NCBI GenBank assembly: GCA_951406725.2 | Contig: OX597832.1 | Coordinates: forward strand, 10,602,001-10,666,000 | Reading direction: 5' to 3' | DNA length: 64,000 nt | Origin: Octopus vulgaris | Lineage: Eukaryota | Part shown: positions 10,695-25,654 of the stretch, piece after piece | How positions within the stretch are numbered: the first letter of the stretch is position 1 | Layout: each line of letters starts with the position of its first letter | Position numbers and translations under genes: made by a program | The notes under the pieces: generated by a model | The model's input: the letters and a program-made list of their open reading frames with translations, nothing else | What the model was told of the DNA's origin: nothing | The model's database searches: none

Positions 10695-13600
10695 CATCGA
10701 TGCTTAGTATTTCACGGGTACGTTTCTTGATTGAACTTGGGTGAAAGGCAAATTTAAATTCGGTGTGATTAGAAATCAAAACTTAAAGAGCCGGGAGAGA
10801 TACCAACGAGTTTTTCTTTTTATTTTATTTTCTTTTATCGTCTGTTTTGCGCTCGAACGAATTTGCCAGCTTGCTGACTTGCACAGAAATAAAAACAACA
10901 GCATTTACGCTGAAATAACAACGATGTCAACTACAACCTTAAGAAGCATAACAACAATAGAAAGAGCAATAACTAAAACAAGCATGACAACGAGAAAAGC
11001 TACTGCTATGAGTAAAAACTACTACATATGTATATATATGTGTAGATACTGCGAAAATATAAAGACAAGCGCAACAAATATAAGTATAAAAACAACAAGG
11101 GAAACAGCGATGATTATGGGTGAAACAAGAGTAATAACGGGGTATATTAGCAGCAGCTTCAATAATAGTTACTAGTAATAAACAGTTATAACAAAAAGTA
11201 ACAGTATTACCATTTAGAATCACAACAATAATGACCATAACAACAACTAGAGCAACGGAACGACAACGGCAACACATGTAATACATTCCCGTTGAATGAT
11301 GTTGAGTTAAAAAAAATATCCTAAAAAGTGAGTGTTGTTTGTTTTTAAATCGAGGCTACTACTACCACTGTTGTTATCGCTGCTGCTGCTGCCGCTGTAG
11401 TTGCTGCTGCTGTAGTTGCTGCTGCTGTTACTTCAGTGTGCGTTGCACTACGGCTGCTACCGCTATCGCTTCTACTGCTGCCGCTGATATTGGTTCTTCT
11501 TCTCTTAGCAGCTGCTACTACTACTACTACAACTACGTTGCTAACAACAACAGCGTCAACCAGACAACAGTGATAGTCGCTGCTTTCTAATTTGTAGAAA
11601 TGTGGTCGTTTCACTCTCTAGAAAGTTGTACCAAATTCTGTAAACCACTATTTATCATCTCCGAAAATAATAAAAAAAAAAACACAAAAAAAACGAAGGA
11701 TGGACTCAGTACATGCCGGTAGCAAACCAAAATATGTGGTGGCTACGGTTGGAATACCTTTTCTTCGTAGGCTTTACGATACAGGTTTAGCTTAGGCTAA
11801 AGTCGGAGACATTTACGATAACAAACCTCACGACCAAATGTGGTTTCTACGCGATTTCAGCGTAAATGCTGTTGTTTTTATTTCTGTTCGATTGCTAGAA
11901 ATAATAGCCAAATGTCCATCAAATATCACATTTGTTTTCTTTTTTGGTTAACCTAAGACTGAGTACATTGGTGTTAGGCGAAGCTAGATTGGTTTGACAA
12001 AGGGTTTGTTGGAACAAGGATTAACTTTAGGCTAAATAACGGTAATAAAAGCTGCAGTAGTTGAATCAACTGTAGAACAACAACAGTAATAATATATGGT
12101 TTTGTAAAAGAGTACAAGTAACTTTAAACGACGACAACAAAAGTATTAACATCAACAATATCTGTGTAAAAGAAACGCCTCGCTTCAGTAGCTAAAGCTT
12201 CACCAGCAGCAGCAGCAGCAGCAGCAGCATGAACAGCAACAGCAGGAGCAGCAGTAGTAGAAGCAGTTGTATCACGATCACCATCATCTTCCTTATCTTC
12301 GTCTTCGTCGTCATCATAAGCATTATCGTTACTATCATAATTATTCTTATAATCACACACCGTTATCACCTCCGCCACTACCAACATCATCATCATCATT
12401 CATTAGCTTTGCAATAAATAATTGAATGAAATCCATTGTTGATATTAAAACTAAAGACCACTACCACACCACAAAATTACAACGGAACACACAACACAAC
12501 TTTACCATACTATAACACTACCGCATTATATTGTTACACTTTAACACTGTCGCCACTACAAAGCTACACAAAACTTCACTGCCACATACAACAATGTAAA
12601 CCCGCCACATTAAACAACAACAACACTGTCACACTGCAACATAACGACACAGCACAGTCACACTAAAACACTAAGCTACTGCCAGACTATAATACCACAT
12701 TGCAAAACTACTATACTGTAATACACCAAAACACTATAGCACTGCAACATTACAATGCTGACATACTACAACACTTGCGTCTTGATAAATGTTACTTCCA
12801 CAGAACACCACTATAACATTGCCTCACCGATACATTATAACACTTTTGTACTTTCACGCAACATCGTAGCAACAGCATAAAACTTCAGGGGGGGAAATGG
12901 AACGTGATGAGTTACTGAGATACCCACAAAATGCTATCAAATGTTTTCTAAATATGGTTCAGTGGACACGCGCGTGCACGCTCTCACACCCACACCATAC
13001 ACGCATAAGTGTGCCCGTATGAGTGTGTGCGTTGTGTGTCTGTGAGAGAAAGAGAGAGGAAGACATAGACATAGAGAAAAACAAAATCACTTCACAAGGC
13101 AGTTCTTTATACCGTCTCTAAATATGATATTTAGTGCTCAAAAACTCCCAAAATAAATTAAAGCTACGTCAATGTCTCCGAGAAATGTGGGGTGGATAAA
13201 AAAATGCGAATATACACTACAAAGTTGATGATTATCAACTTTTAGTTCAGTTTATATATGTGTAAATGTGTGTATGTATGTATACGTTGAGAGAGTAAAT
13301 GAAAGGGGGGCTCCATCACTAGAATAAAAGTACAAATATCTATAAACTGGAAAGGTAACACAATTACAATTATACCCTAAAAATTGGTGGTGGTAGAGGT
13401 GGTGGTGGTACTAGATTTGCAGTTGCTACTACTATATGGTCTGCTAGAAGACCTTCACAAGTTAGAGAAATAGTAATTGTTCTGTATGGTAGCCCGAATT
13501 AAAGATATTTAACATACAAAGCACCAACAAATACACAGGCAGATGACGAAAAACAACAACGATGACAACATTTGAATAATATTAACGGTAGCACAACAAC

Positions 13601-15258
13601 TATAACATCTCAACACCTCAAACAACAGTATCACAGTAACAATCACAGGAACAAAAGTTACACTGTAGAGAGCAAAGATGATAGCAGCATTCACTAGAAT
13701 AAAAAAAGGAAAGAAAAAACTACTAAAAAGCACATATCAGAAGCCTTGGAGCACCATCATCATTAATATGAAGAACAGCAAACGTATCACAATAATATCA
13801 CAACACCAAAGGCAACAGCAGCAGCAGCACCAGCAGCAGCAGTTTTCATCGTTGTAATAGAAACATTTAAAAAATACAATCAACACCACTACACCAACAG
13901 CAGCTACAACAAGAACAACAACAAAAAATATATATGACAAGTATATATTCAGAAAGCACCACAGCATCACCACAGTTTTAAGAAAAGGATAACAACATTA
14001 TTTACAATAATAAAATGCATTTAAACAATACAACTAGCGTAAACAGTATCACAACATAGCAGCACAACAACAAGTTACATCATCACACAAAAAAAAAAAA
14101 AAACAAAAAAAAAACAACTACAGTATTCAACACATCGGTAATAGCAACAACACCATCAACGATTAGCATGCGATAGGCATAAGATTAATTTTCATCTTCG
14201 GAACGTTTCCTTTTTTTTCTTTTTTCTTTTGTCTTTCTTTCGTGTCAACCGTTTAGTTAGGAGGAAATAACTATCCAATTCACTTTAAAGGACCTCCGAA
14301 ATTTGGGGCTTGGAGAAAGAAAAAGAAACATCCGGAAACCGGCGACCTTGACCGAATACTTACAGCAGAGTGGACTCCGCTAAAGGCACCCAAGAAGCGA
14401 AGATTGGATTTAGTCTATTTCTTAATTATGTTGTTTGAGAGGTTATATAATAAAGCTGAGTGGCTGTGTGCGTATGGCTAGACGCGTGTATTACTGGTAG
14501 TTGTTTTAATCTCCGAGTAGTTGTGTGTCCAGTGTAATGTAACATAAAAGTATATTCGGCAACTGTTTGATCTTAGAATTTTGTTTAAATATTGTTGCAA
14601 GGTAGCGTGTATACTCTCACCATTAACACCACCGCCATAAAACACCTAACAACAATAAAACACACCCTCGCCTCTGACAACCAACAACATCACAAACACG
14701 CCATTAATAAGACCACCGCCATCGCCAGCATGATCACCGATGCCACACCAGGCACTACCGTCCCCATCATCATCTTTACCTCCTTCATAATCACCATCAC
14801 CACTACCAGCTACAAAATGACCATCGTCAACTTCACCATCACCGCTACCGCCATCGATATCACCCTCATGACCAATACCATTATCAGGACCACCAACATC
14901 ACCGCGTCACCATCATCACCAGCTTCACCATCACTAGCAACATCTCCACAACCATCACGACATCACCAGTGTTACTACGATTATCACCATCACATAAAAC
15001 AGTAAAATCACACGAGGGAAAATTTACGAGAAATAGCAGTTAAATTTATAAAAATAAAAAAAAGATAAAAGGGGGGCAAGATTTTCCCTAGCAATGAAGT
15101 CTGAGATTGCATCAGGCCTGTAAACACAATGGAATGGTCATTAAGGGAATATTAATGATCGAAGGTTTTCCGCATCGGGGGGATTGATCTGGGGCCAAAA
15201 GTCAACTAAAAGCACTACACCTTCAGTACTGCTACTGCTGTTACGACTGCTGCTACTG

Positions 15259-15290
<32 letters not shown>

Positions 15291-15429
15291 GCTGCTGCGG
15301 AGCTCTTTCTAAGTTGGACACTCACTTCGGAAGAAGGGTCGATGGTTGGTGATTGAATCGAAGAAATCACCCCTATGTACACACATTCCGTTCCGCGTAC
15401 ATTCTTTGCCGGTTAATTCATTTTGGTTT

Positions 15430-15453
15430 TCTCTTCTCTCTCTCTATCTCCCT

Positions 15454-15519
<66 letters not shown>
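15430..15519. repeat. (CT)n microsatellite
   Basis: Directly visible; another long (CT)n at about 56492..56592. Confidence 0.95.
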
Positions 15520-15523
<4 letters not shown>

Positions 15524-15930
15524 ATTGTTGTATTGTAGGCTTCGTAAATGGCTGGAATCCGAAGTCCATCATCAGTGTTGTTAGAACTCGAGAACGTTGA
15601 GATTAAACTTATATTTACACCGCAACACGTTCTGTCAACAGGTTCAGGCTTCTAACCTAATACTAAAAAAATAATAATAATAAAACTAATAATTAATAGT
15701 AATGATAATAGCAGCGGCAATAATAATAATGATAACATTAGTAATAATAATAGTGATAGTAATAACGAAAGATAGGGAGGGTAGTGAAAGGCACAACATA
15801 AACTGAGTATATACATTGACAACTATAACGAAAGTAAAAACAAAAGTATAAAAACGCCGGTAGACTTCATAGTAAAACACACAAGGGCATACATAGATTC
15901 ACAGCCACCTCTCACTCTCCTACCCTCTCT

Positions 15931-15976
<46 letters not shown>

Positions 15977-16199
15977 GTGTGTGTGTGTGTGTTTGTGTGT
16001 GTATGAACATATGTGTGTGTGTGTGTGTGTGTGTGCATGTGTGCGCACGCTATTGTGAAATAGAATTTTTTTTTTTTTTGTATAAAACAAAGAACGAATG
16101 TTAACTGAATAAAGGATTCAAAACGAAAGGACAAATAAAGATATTTAGTGTACGCGTGTGTGTGTGTCTCTTGCCCTTATTTTATAAGTTATATATAGA

Positions 16200-16246
<47 letters not shown>

Positions 16247-16329
16247 AATGCGTGTGAATGAATGTAAGCATATATAAATGTGTGTATGCAGAAGTAAATA
16301 TACGTGTATTTATACATTCGTGTATATAC

Positions 16330-16364
<35 letters not shown>

Positions 16365-16499
16365 ACTTCAGATAATTACATAAAGAAAACCTACACAAAC
16401 GGAACGAACACAAAAAGATTAAAATAAAATATTAAAAGTGAAAAAAAAAACAAAAAACGGGGAGATAAATACTACAAAATATTATTACAACTACAAAAA

Positions 16500-16931
16500 C
16501 AACAACCGTTACTACTACCACTACTACTGCTGCTACTACTACTACTACTACTCCGATAACAACTATAACTGTAACAACATAGAACGATTATTACAACTTC
16601 TGCTTCTTTGCGTCTACTGTTACTCTTACTAATACTGCTAATCTTACCACTGCTACTACTACTACTACTACTACTACTACTGCTGCTATCACTACTACTA
16701 CTACTACGAATAATAATAATAATAGTAATAATAATAATAATAATAGTAATAATAATAATGATATAATAATAATATGATAATAATTTTACTACCACCTCTA
16801 CAATAACAAACACTACTACTACTACTACTACTACTGGCAGTACTACCTACCTAATGCGACTGCTAAAATTACTATCACTACAACTACTACCATTATAAAT
16901 GCTACTACATCTACCATTATAATTGCTACTG

Positions 16932-16974
<43 letters not shown>

Positions 16975-17065
16975 CAGAAAAATTACCACCACTGCTACTA
17001 TTACTACAACTACAGTTATTACTACCACTAATAATACGACCAGCACTACTACTACTACTACTACA
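16500..17065. repeat. Compound (TAC/AAT/CAC)n trinucleotide field
   Basis: Directly visible; explains the poly-S/V/L/Y ORFs here. Confidence 0.9.
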
Positions 17066-17800
17066 AGTAGCGTGTGTACCCTTTAGACTGACTGCTATTA
17101 ACAGGAATATTCTTAAAGATAGAGTTAACTGTTTGCCACTACAAAATCGAGGAGTGTGTATTTTCAAAAGATTTCCCCGGAATCACAGAATTCAAAAAAA
17201 ATAATAATAATAATTTTGCCGAAATTTCTTTGACAACGACGAAAATAAGAAGATATATAAATATATATAGAGAAATATATCTAAATATTTATATTTACAT
17301 ATATAGATATATATATATATTTATATTGGCACTCCACACTAACACATACTCACACATACAAATTAATGTCCCCCACCAACACCCACACACATATGCATAT
17401 GTAACAGTTATACAGGGTGTAGAAGTATTGTTAGTATATATATATATATATGCATTTATATAAGGTTTTATATATATATGTATATATATATATATATATA
17501 CTCGTAAGTGTGTTTGTAAGTAAATATACAGAGGCTGACAGACTGGTAGACAGACTGACAGACATACAGGCTGAGATAGAAAGCGAAAGAGGAAAGAGTT
17601 GCCAAAAAGTAGAGAGACAGAAAGACAAACAGAAACACAGTGATAGATAGACAGTTAAAAGAGAGTGAGAGAAGGCGAGAAAGAAAGAAAAGCACAAAGA
17701 ACGAAGAGGAAAAGACGAAGAAAGTGTGAGAAAGGAACGAACCATCGCGCGCGTGTCTTTCACTATAAGTGTGTGCGTACGTCCATATATATATATGTGA

Positions 17801-17844
<44 letters not shown>

Positions 17845-18298
17845 ATATGTTTGTATAGAATATACATATATGTGTGATATTATATGGAGAGGTAGATGGA
17901 TAGATAGAAATGTGCATGGATATTTTAGAAAGCAGCGTTGAACAAATTCCACCATACAAAACACATGCACGCGCCTGTCAGTGACTAGAACATCAACAAA
18001 CACAACAAAAACAACAACAACAACAACAACAACAGTACCATTAACAACAACAACAGCACATCCACCGACGACGTGGACGGAGACTGCAAATGACATGACG
18101 ACGACGACGACAACGACAAATTAAAAAAGAAAAGAAAAAAAAAAGAAATTCATACATAATACACAGAGAAAAGAAGAATTATACACGCACATCTATTTTA
18201 TATGTGTGCATGTGTGTGTAAGGATACATATACGCATCTCAGTTGAATAGTTATGCATATAACACATACATAACGTAATTGTATACGTGTGTAAATAC

Positions 18299-18355
<57 letters not shown>

Positions 18356-18569
18356 TATAATTATAAGTGTACGTAAAAAAATGTATGTGGATGTGAACAC
18401 GATTTCATTAAGAATAAACAACGAATCTTAGTAAATTCGCCAAGGAAGCCGGTATATATAAATACTATATATATACATATATATTTATATATATGTAACC
18501 AGTTCTCTGTTGTATTTATAAATACACGGATATAGATAATATATACATATATAGATAATACACCTGTGC

Positions 18570-18630
<61 letters not shown>

Positions 18631-18748
18631 ATGTGTGTGTGTGAGTGTGTGTGAACTAGATAGACAAAGTTTTTGAAGCTGTTTGTGTGTGTTTGATTGC
18701 TGCATATACAGATATACATTTTTTTTTCGTAACAATTTACTTCTTAAA

Positions 18749-19259
18749 ATGACGGCCACAGGTAACAATTTCCAAGTGTTTTTGACATCAATACGGACAT
18801 TGGAAAAGTTAGTTTTTCTTGTTCAAATAATAATTATTGTGATTTCTATTCTACATATACCTAAAACCAATGCTCGGATTAATACGGAGGATGCATATGA
18901 AAAAGTTATTAGTGAAAAGATTATCGAAACCAAATACGGGAAAATTCGTGGTGTACAATTTCTTTTTCGCAAGGATCTTTCTCTGCGTCCCGTGGATGCA
19001 TACCTTGGAATACCTTATGGCTCGTTTAGAAAAAATGCTATGCGATTTATGCCACCTGGAAATCCCCCTTTTCGTTGGGAGGAAACATCCCCTGTGCTTG
19101 AAACGGCATCTGTTTGCCCACAAAAAATAATGGATGAAAATACCTTACGGGATGCTAAATTACCTAAATCTCGAAAGGAATACTTGAGAAAAATTCGACC
19201 CTATCTCATTAAGCAAGAGGAAGATTGTCTCAAACTAAATGTTTACGTACCTCGTCAAG
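18749..19259 (+). CDS. First coding exon of a neuroligin-like (carboxylesterase/cholinesterase-fold) cell-adhesion gene; partial CDS, about 170 aa
   Basis: ATG at 18749, in frame in ORF 18683..19285. Hydrophobic signal-like stretch LVFLVQIIIIVISIL...TNA. Type-B esterase N-terminal motifs IIETKYGKIRG, VDAYLGIPYG, RFMPP, VCPQ and EEDCLKLNVYVP (two Cys of the first disulfide loop). The LPKSRKEYLRKIRPYL segment resembles protostome neuroligins. Ends at CAAG|GTAAGT (GT at 19260-19261, phase 1). Neuroligin versus catalytic esterase cannot be proven without the catalytic-Ser exon. Confidence 0.88.
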
Positions 19260-21406
19260 GTAAGTTCAAATACAAGACCGGTTGAAGCCAAAAAAAAAAA
19301 AAAAATGAAAAAAAAATGAATGAGTTTAAAAAAAAAAATGAAGTGTTTATCTAAAAAAAAGAAGGTTAATTAAAATCATTAAATATATAAAAATGTAATA
19401 AAAAATTTATGCTGTAAAATATATGTGTGTGTGTGAGCACGAGAGCAAGATGAATGGTATATATATATATATATATATATAAAAAAAAGCAAGCCATTTC
19501 AACGTACACTTTATATACACATTGTAAAATTGACAGTGAAATTTGCACGTGTGTAGATAAATGCGTGTAAGTGTGCAACATAGACTCCGACATTGTGAAG
19601 TCATTCATATGTGGAAGCAAGTTTAAGCGGATATCTGTGTAAGTGTGACTGAATCAAAATTAGCAGTGTATGTGCGTATGCATGTTTGTGTTTTTGTGTA
19701 TGCGTGTATGCATGTTTGTGTGTTCGTGTCTGAGTGTGGATAAGAAAGACAAAGTGGTACTCAGAAGTGCATGTAGTGCATAAGACATTGTGTGTGTGAA
19801 TGTGTTTGGGTGTGTGAGTGTATAATGTCGACATAAATGTATATATCCTTGAGTGTGAGAGAGTGTTTATGTATGTATGTGTGAGTCTATACTGTGTATA
19901 ATTATGGTTTTCTGTTCTATACTGCGAATGCAATTTCTTGCATGTGGGGATTTAAGAATTTTGTGTACCCGAGTACATGCACACGCTCAAGTGTGTGTGT
20001 GATAGTGTGATTGTATGTATGAATGTGTGTATCCACTTGAGTAAGTGTGCGTTTGTATATGTATATACAACGCGTCTGTATCCATTCGTCTGTACATCTA
20101 TTTTATATTCGTGCTCGAGAGTATGTTTGTAAGAATTGAGTTAATAAAATATTTCATAAAATTAGATGTGTAATCCGAAATATTTCTAAGTTCGATCCTC
20201 ACGTGGATATATCCATATTAAAGAACATATATACATATATATACCGTTATGCTTCATTCTCTATTTAAATATAAGTGTGTATGTGTGTGTATGTAAATGT
20301 ATGGTGTATATATAAAGTGTCTGTACGTGAAAGTGCGTTTAATAAAGGGTGACTTCAAAGGACATTTTCATTTTTGCACCATTTTTCCCATCGTGGGGCG
20401 CACATATATGTGTCAGTATCTCATCTCAGAATATCTGGTTTATTGCTTGCGTATATTATTTACGTAGGAATCTGTTCTCATCTGCAAGACTTCATCCATA
20501 AATATAGGCTCTGTGTGTGTATGTGTGTATGTGTGTTTGTATGTGTTGACGATATACACGCTTATTATATACTGCAGATGTTTCGGTGTATACACACTTG
20601 TTGTAACGATGATTACATGCCAGCTGACGAAAGATGTATTGCTCTTATACACGCTAATGAATTAAAGGATGATTGGTGTTATTATACACGCTAGTGTCAC
20701 ATAGATCTATTAGTATAAACACGTTGGGTGTATGATAATTGTATTGCTTTTAACAGGCTAGATGTACAATACATAATATAATATATGTTGGTAAAAACAC
20801 GCTGAAGATGTAGGCTTTAATTTACACACGTGTATTTTTTGTGTGCGTGTGTCTTTGTTTTTGTAAGTGTAATCCTTTTCTGTATATGTGTGTGTTGGTG
20901 TGTGTGTGTATGTATGTGTGTGTGTGCAAGAGACTTACATGTAAGATTCCTGGAAAGTGTGCTTGTGTATACTACACATTAATCTCAGAGAGTCTGCGCG
21001 TGTACGTATAGATAGAGCGGCTGTATGAGCGGGCGTGAGAATGTGTGTTATGTGTGTGTAGGTTGTGGAACAGGCGCAGATGTTATAGCGTGTAGGAATT
21101 AGTTGATTCATAACCGGCATCTAATAGACAACATAGCAGCGATGTGGACGTCTAGCTCAGTTATTTAGCAACATCTATCCACACTAGTGCGTCAGACAAA
21201 TCTCTATACATTTACAGATAAATATGCACACATACACACACTCACACACACACACACATACACACACACACATACACATACACACACAAATATGTACCAA
21301 TAGTAGTGTGAGCGTAAATGTATATACTTATACGTACGCATACATATATAAGTATGTACGGTATATAAAAATTGTATTTGTGCACATAGGTATGTGGTAG
21401 CGTGTA

Positions 21407-21466
<60 letters not shown>

Positions 21467-21776
21467 AGAACGTTTTCAATTATGCACAAGTTACAATAAT
21501 TTATAATATATACTCCATAATGTTTTATTACATTACGTTATATACATATATATATATATATATATATACATACACAAACACACACATCTATATAATTTGT
21601 GAATAACTCATATTCTTTAATAAATGATTATAACTAGATAATACATGCTCAAAGCATGTTACACACATATATATATATATATATGTATATACATATAGAT
21701 AGATAGAAATTTGGATATGTAAAACGTGCATACATACATACATACATACATACATACATACATACATACATGTGAT

Positions 21777-21823
<47 letters not shown>

Positions 21824-21906
21824 GTTGCTTGTGTAATGTAAAATCACACGCACACATGTATATGTAGGGGCATAAATGAGGGTGAAGATAATATATGTGG
21901 ATGAGA

Positions 21907-22105
21907 AGGCGACGAGCTGGTAAAAACGTTAGCACGCCGGGCGTAATGCTTAGCGGTATTTCGTCGGTTTTTACGTTCTGGGTTCAGATTCCGCCGAGGT
22001 CGACTTTGCTTTTCATCCTTTCGGAGTCGACAAATTACGTACCATTTGCGTGCTGCGGGGTCGGTGTATCGCCCGAAAATTTCGGGCGTTGTGCCTAGAG
22101 TAAAA
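21907..22105 (+). mobile_element. SINE family B short-tail copy
   Basis: GGCGACGAGCTGGTAAAAACGTTAGCACGCCGGGCG...CCGAGGTCGACTTTGC...GTGCCTAGAGTA. Confidence 0.85.
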
Positions 22106-22681
22106 GAGACTGTATGCGAATGTGAAGAAAGCGAAGAAAATATTATCTTACAATATAGTATGAGTGAGTCGATACCTTGGTGTGGGTCTACAAGTGTATT
22201 GGAAGTTGTGTGAAACTATGCCTATGTGTGTGTGTGTGTGTGTGTGTGTGACTATACATGTGTGTGTATGTGTGCTGTAGTATGTGTGATATTGTGCGGT
22301 AAACAATGCATGTATCATAATATCAGGTCCATTTGGAAAGTTGTCGTAGCACCGACTACGTTCCAAGTAACAGAGCATTCTCAGTGGTCTAATACCATGT
22401 TTATATGTATGAATTCCTGTTCTGTCCATATTTGCGTGCATCATATTCTGCCTGTCCTTTTCTCACGGCACGTGTGTGTATCTATGTGTATGTGTGCGTG
22501 TGTGTGTGTGTGTGTGTCTTTGCCTGTGTTTGTATGCGTGCGTTTTTGCGCGTGTGTGAGAGTATATGTATTGATAGATGTAAATATATATATACACAGA
22601 TTCCAACACACACACTCATTCAAGCTATAGAGACATACACATTCGGAAGCATATATACGTACATAGAAACACACACCGGTG

Positions 22682-22725
<44 letters not shown>

Positions 22726-22782
22726 TTCACACACATATACACGCACACACATACGTACCTACACACACATATATATTTATAA

Positions 22783-22822
<40 letters not shown>

Positions 22823-25623
22823 TCCCCCTTCATTAGATGTCAAGTGGCATGGTCAGTAACACGACCAATTTGATTATGGCATCCGTTTATGTATCGTGCG
22901 CATGTAACTGAATGTAAGCATGCACCTCACGCGCTCCTGTGCATAACTGCACACACATACACATGTTTGTATATGTTTATGTGTGTGTGCGTGTATGTAA
23001 GTATATACACGTGCACACTCATATATACATACATACAGAATAAGCATAACATATCCAAAATCTTCTATGATATAATGCATTAAAGATCCATTTTTACCAT
23101 CAACCTCACTTCAACGTCATCTTTAATCATGTAATATATTAATAAGGAGACACTGTAGTCGACAAAACCTCTCGAGCAGCACCGAGCAAAGTCGATTATT
23201 TACTTTCTTCCACTGCCTTCTTCTGTTTCCTTCACCTAAGCTCTGTGTTTTGATAGTTTTTCGCTTGAAGAAAATATTGGCAACACTTGATTTACAGGAG
23301 AGCATTTAATCGAGTTCACAGTATCTGGGTTCTTTGTATTCTTTCCTTTCTTCTTCATCGTCAGTCATCCCTTGATGTGTACATCTGTGTCCAAAACCTG
23401 GTTCGACACTATACAGAACAGTAACTGCGAACTATCCAACATATTCCTTTAAATTATGCTTTTTTTTTCCTACTTTTTATTTCAGTAGTACTGTGTAGAG
23501 CTGAGGTGATGAATCTTTTGAGTACCACATTTCTAAGTACCACAGTTTTAATTAGCTCTGTGTACGACTGTGCTAAGATAAATAATAGATCTACCACTCC
23601 TACATAAATACCTTATATTCAAATGTTATATAATTCTTGTCACTCCATTGTATTTTATTTTCAAAATACTTTTTTTTTACCTGAGAGAATTCGTCCAGGG
23701 TCCGTTCAAAAGATTCGGGCAGAAGTGGCGACCTATTCTCCGTTGTAGAAGATACTCTAGGATACATGAAAAAAAAATTTCGTATATAATAATCACGATG
23801 GCACTTCTACATTCCCTGAATATATATATAATATCAATTAAAAATACAAAGCCAGTACTCCACCATATAAATACATTACACGATATCGAAGCATAAGACA
23901 TGTGCAAATAACTACAGACATTTACTATTAAACGACCATTCCCCACTTCCTCTTACTGTCTCTCTTTGGGATCGTAGTAATACGGACCAGGTCATCGTTG
24001 TTGCTACTCCAGTTGTTTTGTTGTTGTTTAGACTCAGGTCAAGGCTGATCGGGAAGACCTAAGGTCAAAATGTGTTACAGTCATGATTAACCAATAATTT
24101 TAGTAATATGTCTCACACTGTGGTCCTTAATATCCCACCATTTTTTTTTCTGTATTTACTCACTTAACAGTTCACCATCACCATTTTCGCCTGCAATATA
24201 AGAGTAAATATAGACTTTACATAATAACTTTTATTACATAACATTCACCCCACCCACCCCTTGTATTAATTTCAAATTACTATCCTTAAAATCAACATTA
24301 ATGTAAATATATAAAATAGAAATTATCATACTTATAAGGAAATATACCTTTAACAAATTATATGCAAAATTATCTTTTAAAATGAAATCTCCGAGTTACC
24401 CCTGTAATCCTGAGGCATCAGCTATACAATACTCCCCCAGCGTTCAGAACTGCGGATCCAGGGTGCATTACGGATAAAACAGGAAGCCAAACTTGAATTC
24501 AGTAAAATGATTATAAGAAAAACAGTAAATCAAAATATAACTTTCTTCTTGTCTTTAACGACAACAGCAACAATAATCCTTTTTACTAATGGCACAAGGC
24601 CTGAAAATTGTGAGGGAGGATTAACAACAAAATTATTTTTCAAAAATAAGGATTTCCTTATTTCAAAAAAAAAAAAAAAGTGGAGATTCTGTTATTTAAG
24701 AGGAGATTCTGTTATTTGTATTCAATGAGGAACCACACCAAGACGAGAAAAGTTCATAATCTGGAGTAGATTACTTTTACTGAAAGTGCCTTGGATCCGG
24801 AAAAAAATGCTTTATTGATCATGACCTCCTGTCAAACTATTACACGTTTTGCTGTCTAGAGCGTTGTTATTATTCTTTAATACCCAGGTGTACCGTCAAT
24901 AGTCCTATGAATAAAGAAAAGGTTTTCAGTTTTGACACTTTACATTTATTTTGGAAAACAAGCATTTAGGACAAATTTATCTAATGGTTTGTCTCTCCTT
25001 AAAGCTTGGGAACTACTTTCTGGAGAACTGGCTGCAGTTTTTAGCAGATCCAGCAACTACTTTGAACGGGCTTTCTATTTACTTAATAATTCTCCCACGA
25101 GGTCACTGAAGCACGTCTATTATATAACAGTAAAATCTACTGTACTCTGCCCTTCCGTAAAATACAGATGTTTTAGTACCCCAAATTTGACTTGATATAA
25201 GGTAGACCTATGAAGATAGGCATTCCAACCGGGGCCATCCGAGTTTCCTTTGAATTTTTTCACTTTTTCTTCTTTTATATATCTGAAAATGAATTGTCCT
25301 CTGTGCACCTTGAAGTTTTTTTAAGATAGTAGCCGCATTTCGGAGATTTTTGGCTGTTACATCGTACATGATGAGTAGAAGCATAGAGCCTCCCACATTG
25401 GCTTTTTACCAATGATAGCAATCATCATTATTATCACTGTAGTTTTCTCTATTGTATTTCATTATATCTTTGCCTCCTCTCTACGTTGTTGTTGTCCTTG
25501 TTAAATCTCTGTGGAGTCAATAAAATAAAGATGTAGTCTCCAAATTACCGACGTCAACTAAATCATTACAACAGTCAAAGCAAATATCTATAGCCTTGAG
25601 CCAATGTTAGAAACTACTACTAT

Positions 25624-25654
<31 letters not shown>

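Noticed and set aside
18683-19285. Treating the whole 200-aa ORF as a complete gene
   Set aside because: The track's start is a non-ATG codon upstream of the ATG at 18749, and the last residues (KFKYKTG) read through the splice donor at 19260.
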